Positions 21,755 to 33,624 of a DNA stretch of 64,000 nt are shown piece by piece; position 1 is the first letter of the stretch, and every line of letters begins with the position of its first letter. The DNA lies in the NCBI GenBank assembly GCA_004431415.1, contig QPMI01000145.1:73875-137874 (forward strand), written 5' to 3'. A program made the position numbers and the translations under genes. The stretch comes from Cyanophora paradoxa CCMP329. Lineage: Eukaryota > Plantae > Glaucophyta. A model generated the notes under the pieces. It made no database searches and was not told the origin of the DNA. It worked only from the letters and a program-made list of their open reading frames with translations.

Positions 21755-23074
21755 TCAGGGCCGGCCGCCGGGCAAGGCGCCACGGAGCCTGATGTAACGC
21801 TCCATGTGCATGCACGCCTGCCCCGACAGCTCGGTGGCGGCGTCCACATAGTGCTCGGCGGTGGTGCCGCTGTGCGACCAGCGGCCGTGCACATCAAGAA
21901 CCCGCTTCTCGGCCCCACCGAGAGCGGCCCATGTGGTGCCGGTGCGCCGGAAGGAGTGGGAGGAGTAGCCGTCAGGCTGGAGACCCACCGCCTCCGCCAT
22001 CCGCTTGGGAATGCAGTTGACGTAGCAGTACGACAGCTCCGCCCCCTGCTCGTTGGCGAAGAGGGGGCGGGAGCTGGCGCGCTGGGCGGCTGTGAAGCTG
22101 CTGAGGTACCGACGGAGTGCTCGGGCGGGGTCTAACAGGCCAAGCTCTGGCATGTCGGAGATCGTGACAGCCCTCGCCCCGCCGCCGCCAACCACCCCGT
22201 CGGCGAGCGGGCCGCGGCGGGGCTGGTTCGTCTTGTCCGCCGGAACTAGGAACGTGAGGCCCGGGCGCATTGCGCCGCGGTCCGCCGCCTCGACGACGTC
22301 ACGGAGACGTAGGCGGCGGCAGGCGTCGTCGTAGCGGAACCAGCCGAAGATCATCGTCAGCACCAGCGCAAGGTCGCGCAGCTGCACTGCTGTCCCCCGA
22401 CGCAGGAAGTCGTCGGACGTTATCCAGCGCCGAACCTCCTCAGGGCGGAACGTGCGGGCGGTCTCTGCCGCCCGCCGCGCCGTCATCTCGATGCCGCGGA
22501 GGTCGCGGTCGGAGAAGGAGCCTGGGGGTAGTGGGGTGCCCGCCGCCGCAAGGCCGCACCGCACCGCCGCCAGGTACTTGGTGAGTGTGCTCCACTGCTT
22601 GCCCTCCAGCGCCAAGTTTGCCACGTACAGCCGCACGTACTCTGCACCGTGAGGCGGACAGTCGATCTCCGTGCAGAAGGTGATGAACCGGCGGTAGATG
22701 CGGGCGTACTCGGCCTGGGTCCCGCTGCTGTGAGCGTAACCTTCCCAGGCATGCGCCGCCGCCCTCAGCTCGGCCTGCCGCGCTTGGCGGGCCGGCCCGC
22801 CGGCTGCTGGGGCGGAAGCCGGTGCCGCGCGGGGGGAGGGGCCCGTGGCGCCGCGGCCGCGCCCACGGGGCGGGGTTCCGGGGAGCGGGGGGAGCCCTTC
22901 CCCGTAGTTGAGAGGGGCGAAGAGGGTGCAGGTCCTGCAGCTGCCGGGCTGGGCCAGCGGACCGCGGTGGCCACAGGAACAGCGTTGCGTCCTGCAGGGG
23001 CACCGCGGCCTGCGCCTCCGAGGAGGGCGGCGAAGAGAGCGGAGGGGGCCGCTGCGGCGGGGGTAGGAGGGCAT
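21755..23074 (-). CDS. Tyrosine recombinase (copy 2)
   Basis: Same R-K-HxxR-W-Y motifs as 13241-14770. Confidence 0.9.
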   Translation of the reverse strand: MPSYPRRSGPLRSLRRPPRRRRPRCPCRTQRCSCGHRGPLAQPGSCRTCTLFAPLNYGEGLPPLPGTPPRGRGRGATGPSPRAAPASAPAAGGPARQARQAELRAAAHAWEGYAHSSGTQAEYARIYRRFITFCTEIDCPPHGAEYVRLYVANLALEGKQWSTLTKYLAAVRCGLAAAGTPLPPGSFSDRDLRGIEMTARRAAETARTFRPEEVRRWITSDDFLRRGTAVQLRDLALVLTMIFGWFRYDDACRRLRLRDVVEAADRGAMRPGLTFLVPADKTNQPRRGPLADGVVGGGGARAVTISDMPELGLLDPARALRRYLSSFTAAQRASSRPLFANEQGAELSYCYVNCIPKRMAEAVGLQPDGYSSHSFRRTGTTWAALGGAEKRVLDVHGRWSHSGTTAEHYVDAATELSGQACMHMERYIRLRGALPGGRP

Positions 23075-24762
23075 CCGCGGGCAGCTCCTGCGCGGCCAGA
23101 GCCTCGATCAGCGTCGCTGCTGGGGCAGGAGCGCATATCCAGAGGGGCCAAGGGGAACGCCCTAGCCCGATAGCGCCCTTGGACGGTGCCGAGAAGAAGA
23201 GGTGTCGGGGCCCTCGTCCGGCGGGAAGAGGGGCCAGGAGCCAGCCGCGGGCAGCTGCGAGGGCCACCAGGGGGCGCCACTCCAGGGCTGCTGGCTGCCG
23301 CTGGATGAGCCAGACGACGGGGCCCGCGCTTTGCCAGCCGTACTCCTGCAGCCAGTTGAGGAAGCGGGCCCGCAGCTGCCAGTCGACAGTGACGATAGAC
23401 CCGTCCACGGGCAGGCTGCCGACGAAGGGTGGGCCGTGCCGGTTGAAGATGTGCACGTGGGGGAGCTCGGGGCGGGCGCGGCCAAGGGCCAGCCGCGAGA
23501 GCCAGCGCCTCAGGCCACCATGCAGGATCGGGGCGCACGTCCGCGATCCCGCGTCGGCCACCACATTATCCTTGCCGCGAACGTGCACCGCCTCCAAGGT
23601 GACTTGGGCACGGATGCAGGCGCTAAAGAGCTGCAGCGCGAGGTCCATCATCCCCTCGTTGACGCTGCCCCGCAGCGCCGCCGCCACCGCGGATGAGTTG
23701 TCTACACGGGCCACGACGTGGCTGCCAGGGCTCAGGCGCGGGAAGAGCTCCGTCGCTGCGATCAGGACGGCCCGCAGCTCACGCCAGCAGTTATCCTCGC
23801 CTGCAAGCTCTGGCGACCAGCAGCCAAAGGTGCAGCAGAAATCGCGGGAGTTGAGGGCGAGGGGATCCGCCGTGGCGTCGATGTCAAGGGCGGCGCAGAA
23901 GCCGGTGCCGGAGGCGTCTGTGAATAGGCGGAACGCCTTGGACGGGCGCCAAAGTGGGGCAGGGGGGGTGCTCGGCAGGTACTCCAGCAGCCAGGAGATG
24001 ACCTGCTGCTGGAGCGGGCCCAGTGGGACGTGGGCCATGGCCAGCTGCCCTCTAGCTCCAGCCGCGTCGGCTTGCGCGACCGCCGCTGTGAGCGGGCGGG
24101 ACACCAGCGCGGCCCCAACAAAGGCATGCCGAGCCGCGTTGAGCGAGCCGGCGATCCGCTGGAGCTCGACGGCGGGGGCTGCGGTCGCGCCGCGCAGTAG
24201 CTCGAGCACCGCAAGAAGCTTGCGAAGCTTCTTCTCCGGCAGATAACACCGGCCCCGGGCCGTGTCAAGGACAAGGCCCAGGTGCTCCCGGTCCTGGGAA
24301 GGCGTGAACCTGGTCTTGTCTGAAAATGTGAGGCCCAGCAGGACGCCCAGGTACTGCAGGTGCAGCGAGACGAGGATCGCCTCTTCAAGCGTCTCGCGTT
24401 TCAAGTCAAACCCCCCCCCCCCCGGCGCCGGGGGCGGGGGGTGAAGCTGGGCGGAAATCAAGTTGAAAGCAGCTCGAGCGCACAATTGTGATTGGTGGGG
24501 ACGCTTTTCAAGTTCGATAGTTCGAGTCGAAGGGCGGGATGTGTGTACGGGAAAGAGGGCGGACTCGACCGTTGCGGAGGACCGTTAGTTCGGCTACTAG
24601 TAACGGGCCGAGCCACTAATTATAGCGGCAAGAGCTGCTGGCTAGGGGCAGTCTCCAAGGCTAGCAAGCCGCGCGATGGGGAGGGGGAAGGGCTAGAGAG
24701 CCGTTCGCGCCATCGATCTTGGCGGCAGCTAGCAGCAGCAGCCTGCGGCCGCCGCGACGCCC

Positions 24763-26928
24763 ATGGGGCGCAAGCTCTTCTCCAACTCCGGCCAGCGCTT
24801 CCGGAAGGAAGACGACTGGAAGCTGCCGGACGACCCGAAGCTGCCGGACATGGACTATCTGGAGACGTATTTGCCCGGGGCGCGCGACAGCAAGGGCCGT
24901 TTCCTCCTCGTAGGGGAATATGCCCTCATTAGGACCAGCTGGGACCTCCAGCCGACCGACAACTTCGCCAACTGGGTCTTCAACCGCCAGGACGTCCGTT
25001 CCGGCGAGCCGATCCTCGTTCGCCTGGAGGAAGTCAGCAAGCCTCGCTCAGACGGTCACATTGCGTGCCTCTTCCGGCATTTCGTGAAGGCCGGCGACAA
25101 GATGCTCTCGGACAAGGCGCGGGACATGATGGCCCGTTCCACCAAGCACCCCGACAAGGAGGTCATGGTCGTCATCGGTCGGTTCCAACTGATCGGATTT
25201 GAGGTTCGCAGCGCGCGCGATCGCCCCGCGCTGGCCCCTCGGCTCACGCCGCGCAGATTCTGAAGAAGGTCTGCGTCTGGTCTGGGGAGTCGTTCAACAA
25301 GTTCACCACCATCACTAAGAACGACTACTGCTGCCGGTTTGTCGGCGCGCTGTACGGGCGCCGGTGCTTCGTCAGCGGATGGGAGAACTACCCGAAGATG
25401 AAGATCCGGAAGCCCAACGCCAAGGCGATGACTCGCTTCATCGACCTGACGTACAGCAAGGACCCGAGGGACCTCGTGGATCCCAAGGAGCAGAAGTACC
25501 TGCTGGACGAGGCGAACAACCAGCTCCGGAGCCGCAGGAGCCGCCAGCCGAGGATCGTCCAAGCGCGGCTCATGGTCTACGGGCCGTCTCACGCGGTGCG
25601 CACGGCCTCGTGCTCGCTCTCCGTCGGCTGACCCGCCTCCAGCGCCGGACGCTCTCGAACCTGCCGGCGAACGGAGTGCCGACCGCGGTTATCGCGCAGC
25701 CGTGGCGTCGCGTGCTGAAGACCAACAAGGAGTGCGATGGTGCGTGCGTCTTCCTCTTCCCGCCGTCGCGCGCCTTATTTGCGGCGCCGCAGATGTGCTC
25801 GGGCCGTCCGGCCTTCGGCAGGTCCACTCGAAGAAGCGCGAGGACGGCCCGAACGGCAAGAAGGTCTTCGTGCCAATCTTGAAGAAGGAGGCGTACGGCC
25901 CGCGCGTCAAGCAGAACACGGAGACGGCCCACCTCGACGTCCTCGACACGGAGTACGAGGGCCGTGCGTTCGCCTCACCCGGCACGCGTGCGCAGCGCTG
26001 CTGATGTGCTCGCAGACCCCGCGGAGCTGGCGCTCATCCAGCCGGCAAAGAAGAAGCAGCGGCTCGCCCTGACGCTGTCGGCGCCCCAGTACACGGAGGA
26101 CTGGGTCGGCCATCGCAACGGCCAGCACGCGCAGGGCCCCGTCGGGGTTCCCACCGCCATCCCCGTCGATCCGCCCGTCCCGCGGCCACCGCCCCGTCCG
26201 CGCCGTGCCCGCGCCGCCCAGCAGCAGCAGCCGCCCGCCCCGGAGCCTCCCTCCGTGCCGGTGGCTGCCCCCGCCGCCGCCCCGGAGCCTCCCGCCGCGC
26301 CGGCGCTCCCCGCCGCGCCGACGCTCGCTGCCCCGCCGCCGCCCCGGAGCCTCCCTCCGTGCCGGTGGCTGCCCCCGCCGCCGCCCGGAGCCTCCCGCCG
26401 CGCCGGCGCTCCCCGCCGCGCCGACGCTCGCTGCCCCGCCGCCGCCCCGGAGCCTCCCGCCGCGCCGACGCTCGCTGCCCCGCCGCCGCCCCGGAGCCTC
26501 CCGCCGCGCCGGCGCTCCCCGCCGCGCCGACGCTCGCTGCCCCGCCGCCGCCCGGAGCCTCCCGCCGCGCCGGCGCTCCCCGCCGCGCCGACGCTCGCTG
26601 CCCCGCCGCCGCCCCGGAGCCTCCCGCCGCGCCGGCGCTCCCCGCCCCCGCCGCCGCCCCGGAGCCTCCCGCCGCGCCGGCGCTCCCCGCCCCCGCCGCC
26701 GAGCCCCCCACCACGCCCTCAACGGCTGCCGCCGCAGCTTCTCCCTCCCAGCGTCGCAGCCCCCGCTTCGCTCCCCCTCCGGCACCAGCTGCAACCATGC
26801 GCGCTTAAAGATTGATATCTGCATATTTACACGTTTCTAACATCCGCCCCTGCAGGGCGACAGACGAAGCTCTCGAGGTGCTCGACGCGGCCAAGAATGC
26901 CAAGAAGCGCAAGCGAGCCCAGGCGTAG
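24763..26928 (+). CDS. Transposon-borne spliced gene: N-terminal BAH-like domain, Pro/Ala repeat, basic NLS-like tail
   Basis: GT-AG introns at 25204-25256, 25596-25642 and 25740-25792 among others. Spliced protein reads LLVGEYALIR...EPILVRLEEV...CLFRHFVKAGD...HPDKEVMV...FEILKKVCVWSGESF...NDYCCRFVG, fitting the BAH pattern. Last exon ...AAKNAKKRKRAQA*. Confidence 0.65.
26230..26705 (+). repeat. GC-rich coding minisatellite (APEPPAAPALPAAPTLAA-type units)
   Basis: Repeated gccccggagcctcccgccgcgccggcgctccccgccgcgccgacgctcgct. Confidence 0.9.
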
Positions 26929-26968
26929 GACTAGGTGAGCGCGTCGCCGCGATTCGCGTCGCCGTCGC

Positions 26969-28676
26969 CTAATCGTCGCCGTCCACCAGGTCGTTGTCCT
27001 CCTCCATCTGAACGTCGGACTCCGAATCGGAATCCGACTCGTCTGACTCGGACTCCGATGCTGCGGCGGGCTCCAGGGCGGGCTCCGGGGCGGGCTCCGG
27101 GGCGCGCTCCGGGGCGCGCTTCGGGGCGGGCTTCGAGGCGGCTTTCCGGCGCGGCCGCCGGCGCGCCTTCGTCACGGGGGCGGGGACGAGCTGGGCGCCC
27201 GCGGGATAGGGGCGCGTGGGCGGCTGGGCGGCCTGGGGGACGGCGAGCTGCTCGTGCTCATCGTACTGACTCCGCACAGGCCACGGCTGCAGCGGCCCCT
27301 CCGGCCAGAGCTTGACGTCCACCGTTGGGCACTCCACCTCCTTCGCCTTCCCCGTCTCGTCCTGCTTCCTCGGCGGCTTCAGGTGCGCTGCCTTCTCCAC
27401 CGTGTTGCCCGCCACGTACGCCTTCATGACGCGCGTCATCTCCTGAAGCTGAAACCAAAGGCGGCGGCGCTCGTGCTGCAGCATCTGGAGGAGCATGGTG
27501 ACGTTCGCGGCCCGTCCGCCACCGAGGGACGTGACAGCGTAGCGCAGGCGACGGAGGTAGCCCATGTACGCCTCGGTGACCTCCGAGCTGTTCCGGGCCG
27601 GCGACCGCGTGGCATCGAAGAGCGCCCAGAACGGAAGGTGCGCCAGCGTCGCGTGCATGTAGCGCGTGAAGGCGCCCTCCAACGGGAAGTGCAGCTCCAT
27701 CAACTCGCGGATCCGGACGGCGGCGGTGGCGGCGGCGGCCCGCATCTGGCTGCTGGGCCACATGGTGGTCTCGTACGTGTACAAGCACTGCCGCCACTTC
27801 CAGATCTCGCGGAGGCCGCTGACCTGCGCCGACCAGGTCCCCGGCGGGCCGTGCACGATGCTGAAGACCTCGTCGATGAAGCCCGAGTCGTCGGCAAGGA
27901 TGCGCTTCGCGGTCGTCGCGTTGATCTTCTGGAACGGAGTTGCGTACCCGTCCGCGTCGCGCTCGAGCTTGAATCCCCGCGCGAACTTGTCCCTGATCAG
28001 AAGCTCGATCTTGTCGTGCGCCTCCTTCATGGCCAAGCCCGACGTCTTCAGGAAGGTGGCGGCGAAGCCACCGACGGTCCAGCTCTTCGTGCCGTGGAGG
28101 ACATCCAGCTGCACCTGCCGGGGTACGTGTCAGCGCCACATACACGAGGCTACAGGATTGGGCCGGGCGGGGCGATGGCGAGGGAGCGGCGGGGCCGCGC
28201 CGGGCGGGGCGCGCACCATGTCAACGAGGGCCTCGAGTGCCTCCAAGGCGCCGACGGAATCCGTGTAGGGCATCGGGTCGGCGGAGTTGGTGAAAATGCT
28301 GAAGGCACGGTCCTTCCGTTTTTGCTTGTCCATCTCGGCGCGAATCTGAGCGCGTGCGGCGCGCGCGCCGCGGGGCGACATGGGCCGCAGCGGAGCGTCC
28401 TCCTCCTCCGCATCCCGCTTCCGCTTCCCTGCAGCCTTCGGCGACGAAGCCTCGGCGTCGCAGTCGTTGAAGGCCAGCTTCCGCGGGGCCAGGTCGCCCT
28501 CGCCGGAGCTGCGCGGCCTGCTGCCCGCTGGGCTCGCTGGGCTGGCTCCCGCGATGGGGCTCTTGCGCGCTCTCTCTTGCGCTGGGCTGCGCCGCTGCGG
28601 ACTCCCGATGAACATTCTCTTTATCGAGCCGAAACGGATGTTGGGGCCCGCGGCCGGGCTGCTGCCGCCCACGCGG

Positions 28677-28714
<38 letters not shown>

Positions 28715-28885
28715 GGCGCGCCTGAACTTGGCAGGGTCCGCCGTGAAAGGCTGCGCCTTCTTCTTACGCGCTTCTATCTCCTCCTTTGTGCGGCCGGCCT
28801 CGCTGATCGCGTGCATCTTTGCTGCCATCGAGTGGGAGTAATACTCGATGTACTCCACGAGGTCCGCATCGTCTGCTGGTGCCAT
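26969..28885 (-). CDS. RAG1/Transib/Chapaev-like transposase retaining only the C-terminal core (exons 28217-28885 and 26969-28114)
   Basis: LDVLH ~ RAG1 IDALH; KINATTAKRIL ~ RMNGNFARKLM; EGAFTRYMHATLAHLP...NSSEVTEAYMGYLRRLR ~ EGKITNYFHKTLAHVP...WASEGNESGNKLFRRFR. Phase-0 GT-AG intron at 28115-28216. No D,D or CxxC region seen. Confidence 0.75.
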
Positions 28886-29221
28886 GGCGGCAGCGCCTAG
28901 CTAGCCAGGCCAAGCCTACTTGTTTGGGTACAACAGACGGGAAGCCGCCTGACTAGCCGACGAGAACTTGTCTAGCAGCGGCTAAGCAGCCGCCCAAAGT
29001 AGTACCGGAACACGCGTGACTGGTACCCGAAAAGTACCAGAAAAGTTGAGGACACTTGGATTTTTTTAGAGGGGAACTTGACACTTCCGGCCAAGTTCCG
29101 GGCGAGAGTTTGGCGAACTCGCCAGATTGCCCGACCAATGGCGCAACTTCAAATCTGCGGGGGCTACAGGAACTTCCGGCTGTGTTCAGGCGGGCGCCAG
29201 AAGGGACTTTGACTTGTTACG

Positions 29222-32200
29222 TCGCAGATGAAGAGGCCGTCGTCGATGTATGTACAGAGGAGGACGCCCGCGAGCACAAGCCAGTACTTCGCGAAGGCCC
29301 TCATCACCTTCGTGAAGATGTAGCACGCGGCGGCGACCCCGAAGGGGAGGGCCTGATACACATAGTAGTGCGTCACCCCTCCTATCGTCCACTTGAAGGC
29401 CAGGATGCAGGCCGTCAGCATGCAGAGTGCGATGTGGTAGTAGCCCTTTCGCAGGTCGTAGGATACGAGCCAGCAGTTGGGATACCGACGCAGGAGCTCG
29501 ATCACCTGGTCGAGCGTCTGGTAGCGGAACGAGCGAAGGTGAATGTAGCGGTTGACACGCTTGGCATCGAGGCAGAGCCGGAATTTGTCCGCCCCTTTCT
29601 TATCCACCGTGTGAAGGGAAGACACCAGGGGGGGCTTGGGCTCGTCCGGGCCGACGCGGCGCACTGCACCCAGCGCGACCATGCTCTTTTTCGGGCCTTC
29701 TACCTCCGAATCCACGAAGGCTTTATGCGCCGGCGAGATCGAGCATGAGGGGCGCGGTTCTTCCTCAAACGCCGGAATCTGATCCGGCGTGATCGCCTGC
29801 GAGGGGTCCCAGGGGTCGCGCGGGTCGAATCTGTCGGCGTCTCGCAGGGCGAAGCGCGCTCCGCGAGATAGGACAAGCTTCACATAGCGCGGAACGGTTG
29901 TCCCCGCCTTCCTGAACTGCCTCACCCATGCCGCGGCATGTGTTTTAAACTGGCCTGCGCGGAATGCGGCCTCGTGCGCTTTGAAATCGTATGGTGGGGG
30001 CTGCCCGTGCTCACGCACGAAGGCCCGTAGCCTCTCAAGGCGTGCTCCACCCGTTCCCGGCGGTGCCAATGCGTTGGAGTTCGATAGCGCTATCAGCTCG
30101 CCCCCCCGCATGCCCGGCAGGTCGACCTCATGGTCACAATCAGAAGTAGAAGTCAATTTTGGCCCGTAGGCCTCGACTGGCCAGGGCCCTACATGTACAG
30201 TGTCATCCATCACTGCCAGGTCCCAGGCCACACGTGTCCCGCTGAACCCCACCGAGGCCTGCGCACTACTGGCGCCGGCGCTGGGGGGAGCGGCCGCGCG
30301 GGCTGCGGGAGCGCTTGCGCTCGCGATCGCTGTCCTTGGGGGGGGTACGCTGGCGGGGGGCCGGGGGCATCCGGTTGCCGCCGCCTCCCCCCTTGCCGCC
30401 GCCGTTGTAGCCGCCGCCGCTGTTGTGGCCGCCGCCGCCGTTGTAGCCCCGCTGCCGCCCTGGCCGCCGCCGGAGCCGACGTCGCGCCGGGAGAGGGCGG
30501 CCAGCTGCTTGGGGTCGGCTGCGAGGGTAGAAATCAGGGGTGAAAAGGCCGTGGCCCGCAGGGTCGTTGCAGGCAAGGCCGTGGCCCGCACGTTTGATCT
30601 GGACGCCGTCGCCGTGCGCCAGCTGCGCCTCCTCCACCCCGCGTCGGTGGCCTTCTTGACGAGGTCGCGCTTCGACTTGCCCGGGTCGGTGCCGTCAGGG
30701 CTCTTGAAGAGGCCCTCCAGCGTGATCCGGCGCCCCTCCGGCTTCCAGATGCGCGGCGGCGTCTCCTTGACCAGCCGCGTCGACTTGATGCCGGTGAGGG
30801 CATGTCGTCGCCGATCTTGCTCATCGCCGTGCGGATGAGCTCGGCCGAGAGGTTGGTCTGGAGGAAGGCGCCGTACGACGAGTTCGTCTTCGCCATGTAG
30901 GCCTCCGCGCCTTGTTCTTGTCGTACGGGTCCGGGGCGGGCACGCCGCGGGACGCCCAGCGCTCACGGCGTCCGACGCCGGGTCAGCCAGGCCGCGGATC
31001 TCCAGGTTGGCCAGGTGGCCCAGGCGGCTGAGGTGGAGCGCCTTCACCAGCAAGCCCTTGGCGGCCTCCTTCTCGCCCGCCTTCCTGAGGAGCGCCACGC
31101 TCTGAAGACAGGACTGGACGAGGCCGCGGTTGGCCGCCAGCGCGCGGGCGGCGGCGTCGGTGCAAGCGTTCGCCATGTAGCCGGCGCCGGCCGCGAGCGC
31201 CGCCCGGATGATCTCCTTGACTGCGGGGTTCTGGATGTCGTTGCTGATCTCCGATGCGCACAGGCCCGCGCGGGCCAGGCGGGCCTGGTGCAGTGAGATG
31301 TCGGTGCGCTCCTTGACGGCGGCGGGGTCGATGCCGAAGAAGCCCGCGAGGTCCGCCAGCTTGTCGGGATCATCCAGCGCCTCGAGGATGTTCTTCATGT
31401 CGCCCTGAGGCTCGGGGCTGCGGGAGCGGTCGCGGGAGCGGTGGGGTTCGTCGTCCAGGCGGCGCTCCAGGCGGCTAACGAAATTCTCCAGGCCCCTCTC
31501 CAGACGCCCGAGGCGGTCGCCCGTGCGATCGTGCTCGCCGTCGCGCCGGCGCTCGCGCTCCTCCTCCCGATCGTAGTCCCGCTCACGATCGTAGTCCCGC
31601 TCGCGATCGTAGTCCCGCCGGTCGCCGTTCGCGTCGTCACGATCGCCGTCACCCCAGCGCTCGCCGTCCGCGTCACGCGCGCCGCCGCCGCCGCCGCGGC
31701 CGGCGCCGCCGGCACCGCCGTTACCGGCGGGCCGGCCCGCCGCGGCCGACGTCGCCAGCGCCAGCTGCAGGGACCCCGCCATGACCGGGCCCCGCCGGGC
31801 GCCCGACGCGCCGGCGCCGGCGTTGCCAGCGTTGGCGCCGGCGCCCGCCGCCGATGCGCCGCTCTCCAGCTGAGCCAGAAAGAGCTTCATGGCCAGTGCT
31901 TGCTGCTCGTTGTCGCCGTAGCCGACCCCAGCGTGGTCCAGTACGTCACCGATGAGACCGCCGCTGAGGCGGGCATGGGTGCCGCCGACGACCTCGGTCG
32001 GCGTTGCCGCGCCGGCGGCCCGTGCCGCCGTGGTCGGAACCTCCACACCCACGGCGATCGCCAGCCAGCCAACAGTCAGCACCCGCCCGCTCGTCACCGC
32101 CTCCAGCACCGGCGCCATGCGCCGGTCCGCCAGGCACTTGCCGAACTGCCCGGCGAACTCGGCCGACCGGGCGTCCGCTCGGAAAGGCACCGCGAGAGAC

Positions 32201-33228
32201 TGGAGGATCCGGAACTCGATTGAGCCTGACGGGGCCGCGGAGGCGAAGCGGGCGAACGTGACGCCGGGCGATTGGCCGAGTACGATGCGGATGACGCGAT
32301 TGAACGCCGCCCGCACGGCGAGCGTTGCGTGGAGGACCGCCGCGCCGTCGTCGGGGTCCAGCCGGGTGAGCGCCGCTGCCCGGTGGAACACCAGCGACTC
32401 CGGGCCCTCGCCGACGATCCACACGTGTTCGGCGAACAGCTCCGTGGTCTCGCACGCCGCGTCCTCCGTACCACGATCCGTCCAGGCGATGTCCAGGCGG
32501 CGGCGGCCGCCGGCATCCGGCGTGGCCATCGACACTTCGAGCACGTCTGCGCCGGCTCTCGCCGACCACGCAAAGAGCCGGCCACGGTCGTCGAACGCCG
32601 GCAGAGACATGGCGAAGCCGTCCAGAGCCGCCTCCTCCGTCGGCAGCGCCGCGGTTTCGTCGGCGCCCGCGGCCCGGCCAACCGCGACGCGCGCGATCAG
32701 CTCTGCCTTGAGGGTCACTGGCACCCGTAGGTTGAGCGCCATCACACCCAGCCGTAGCTGCTCTGCGCTCGCCAAAAGAAACCGGATGAGCTGCTGTCCA
32801 TGGAGTCCGCCAGCCCGCCAGCACTCCCCAGCCCATGCGCTAGCCCCGCCAATCCCGCGCGACTCCGACGCTTCGTGAAGCGTCCCTCCATCGGCCATAG
32901 CCGATCCTCGCTCACGGCCGTATGCCGACGGAGCGGAGCCTCCAATGGTCGACCACGGAGCCAGCCGCCGTGTCCGGGTAACTCAGCCCCTGTTTCTAGC
33001 GGTCTAGCGGGTCCAGCCTGCGCGTTTCCGAGCGCGCGGGCCCGGCCCGCCAGGGCCCGGGGTTCCCAAGGCGGAATGGGCGAAGGGGGTCACACCTTCG
33101 CTAGCGATGAGAAGTCGATCGAGGTCTCCGTTGCCTGCCATCGCGACCGTACGCGTGCCTGACACTGCTGCTGCTGGCAATGAGATCGGCAACACGCCCG
33201 GCAAATCGGGCAGTCGACGGGTACCCAA
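29222..33228 (-). pseudogene. Gag and 5' RT of YR copy 2, cut just after YIDD by the DNA transposon
   Basis: ORF 29164-32898 reads ...YIDDGLFIC and then runs into transposon sequence. Confidence 0.9.
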
Positions 33229-33448
33229 CGACTGAGCCGGTGGCCCGGGTACAGCGAGCCCGTATCGCAGATGCGGGTACCGCCGCGCCCTGGCTCGCAG
33301 ATCTGGGTACGCCGTGCGTCCGATCGCGATCCGATGATCGCGATCGCAAGCAGCAGGCGCGCGGCTCGTGCAAGCTGCTTTCGCGTTCGGCTCGGCCTTC
33401 GCTAGAAGAAAGCAGATTACTCGTACGCTTTGCTAGAGTAATCTTCCC

Positions 33449-33624
33449 GGAGCTTAAGCGAAACAGCGTGTGCGAAGCGGGCCTTAAGTTCCCGGATCCG
33501 GGAGCTTAAGCGAAACTGCGTGTGCGAAGCGGGTCTTAAGTTCCCGGATCCGGGAGCTTAAGCGAAACTTCGTGTGCGAAGCGGGTCTTAAGTTCCCGGA
33601 TCCGGGAGCTTAAGCGAAACTCCG
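33449..33624. repeat. 52-bp minisatellite (3 full units + 1 partial) with a 28-bp palindrome at unit junctions
   Basis: Units start at 33449, 33501, 33553 and 33605: ggagcttaagcgaaacNNcgtgtgcgaagcgggYcttaagttcccggatccg. Confidence 0.95.

Larger units (their letters stand above)
24397..29221. mobile_element. TIR DNA transposon (CMC/Transib/RAG1-like), 4825 bp, TSD TCG
   Basis: The empty site gtcTCGcagatg is visible at ~15880. The filled site has TCG at 24394-24396 and 29222-29224. Termini are CGTTTCAAGTCAAA and, as reverse complement, CGTAACAAGTCAAA (12/14 match). Two convergent genes inside. Confidence 0.9.
20166..33448 (-). mobile_element. Second full-length YR retrotransposon copy, RT disrupted by a DNA transposon
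   Basis: B2 20166-20535, A2 20998-21260, B1 21261-21629, A1 33186-33448. Near-identical to 11649-20124 apart from homopolymer indels, a few substitutions, a 6-bp deletion near 29664 and the 24397-29221 insertion. Confidence 0.95.

Noticed and set aside
24763-26928. RAG2 homolog
   Set aside because: No kelch repeats or PHD Cys/His pattern; only the orientation resembles ProtoRAG
33449-33624. CRISPR-like array
   Set aside because: Units are near-identical with only 2-3 variable bases. There are no unique spacers and no cas genes, and the context is eukaryotic.
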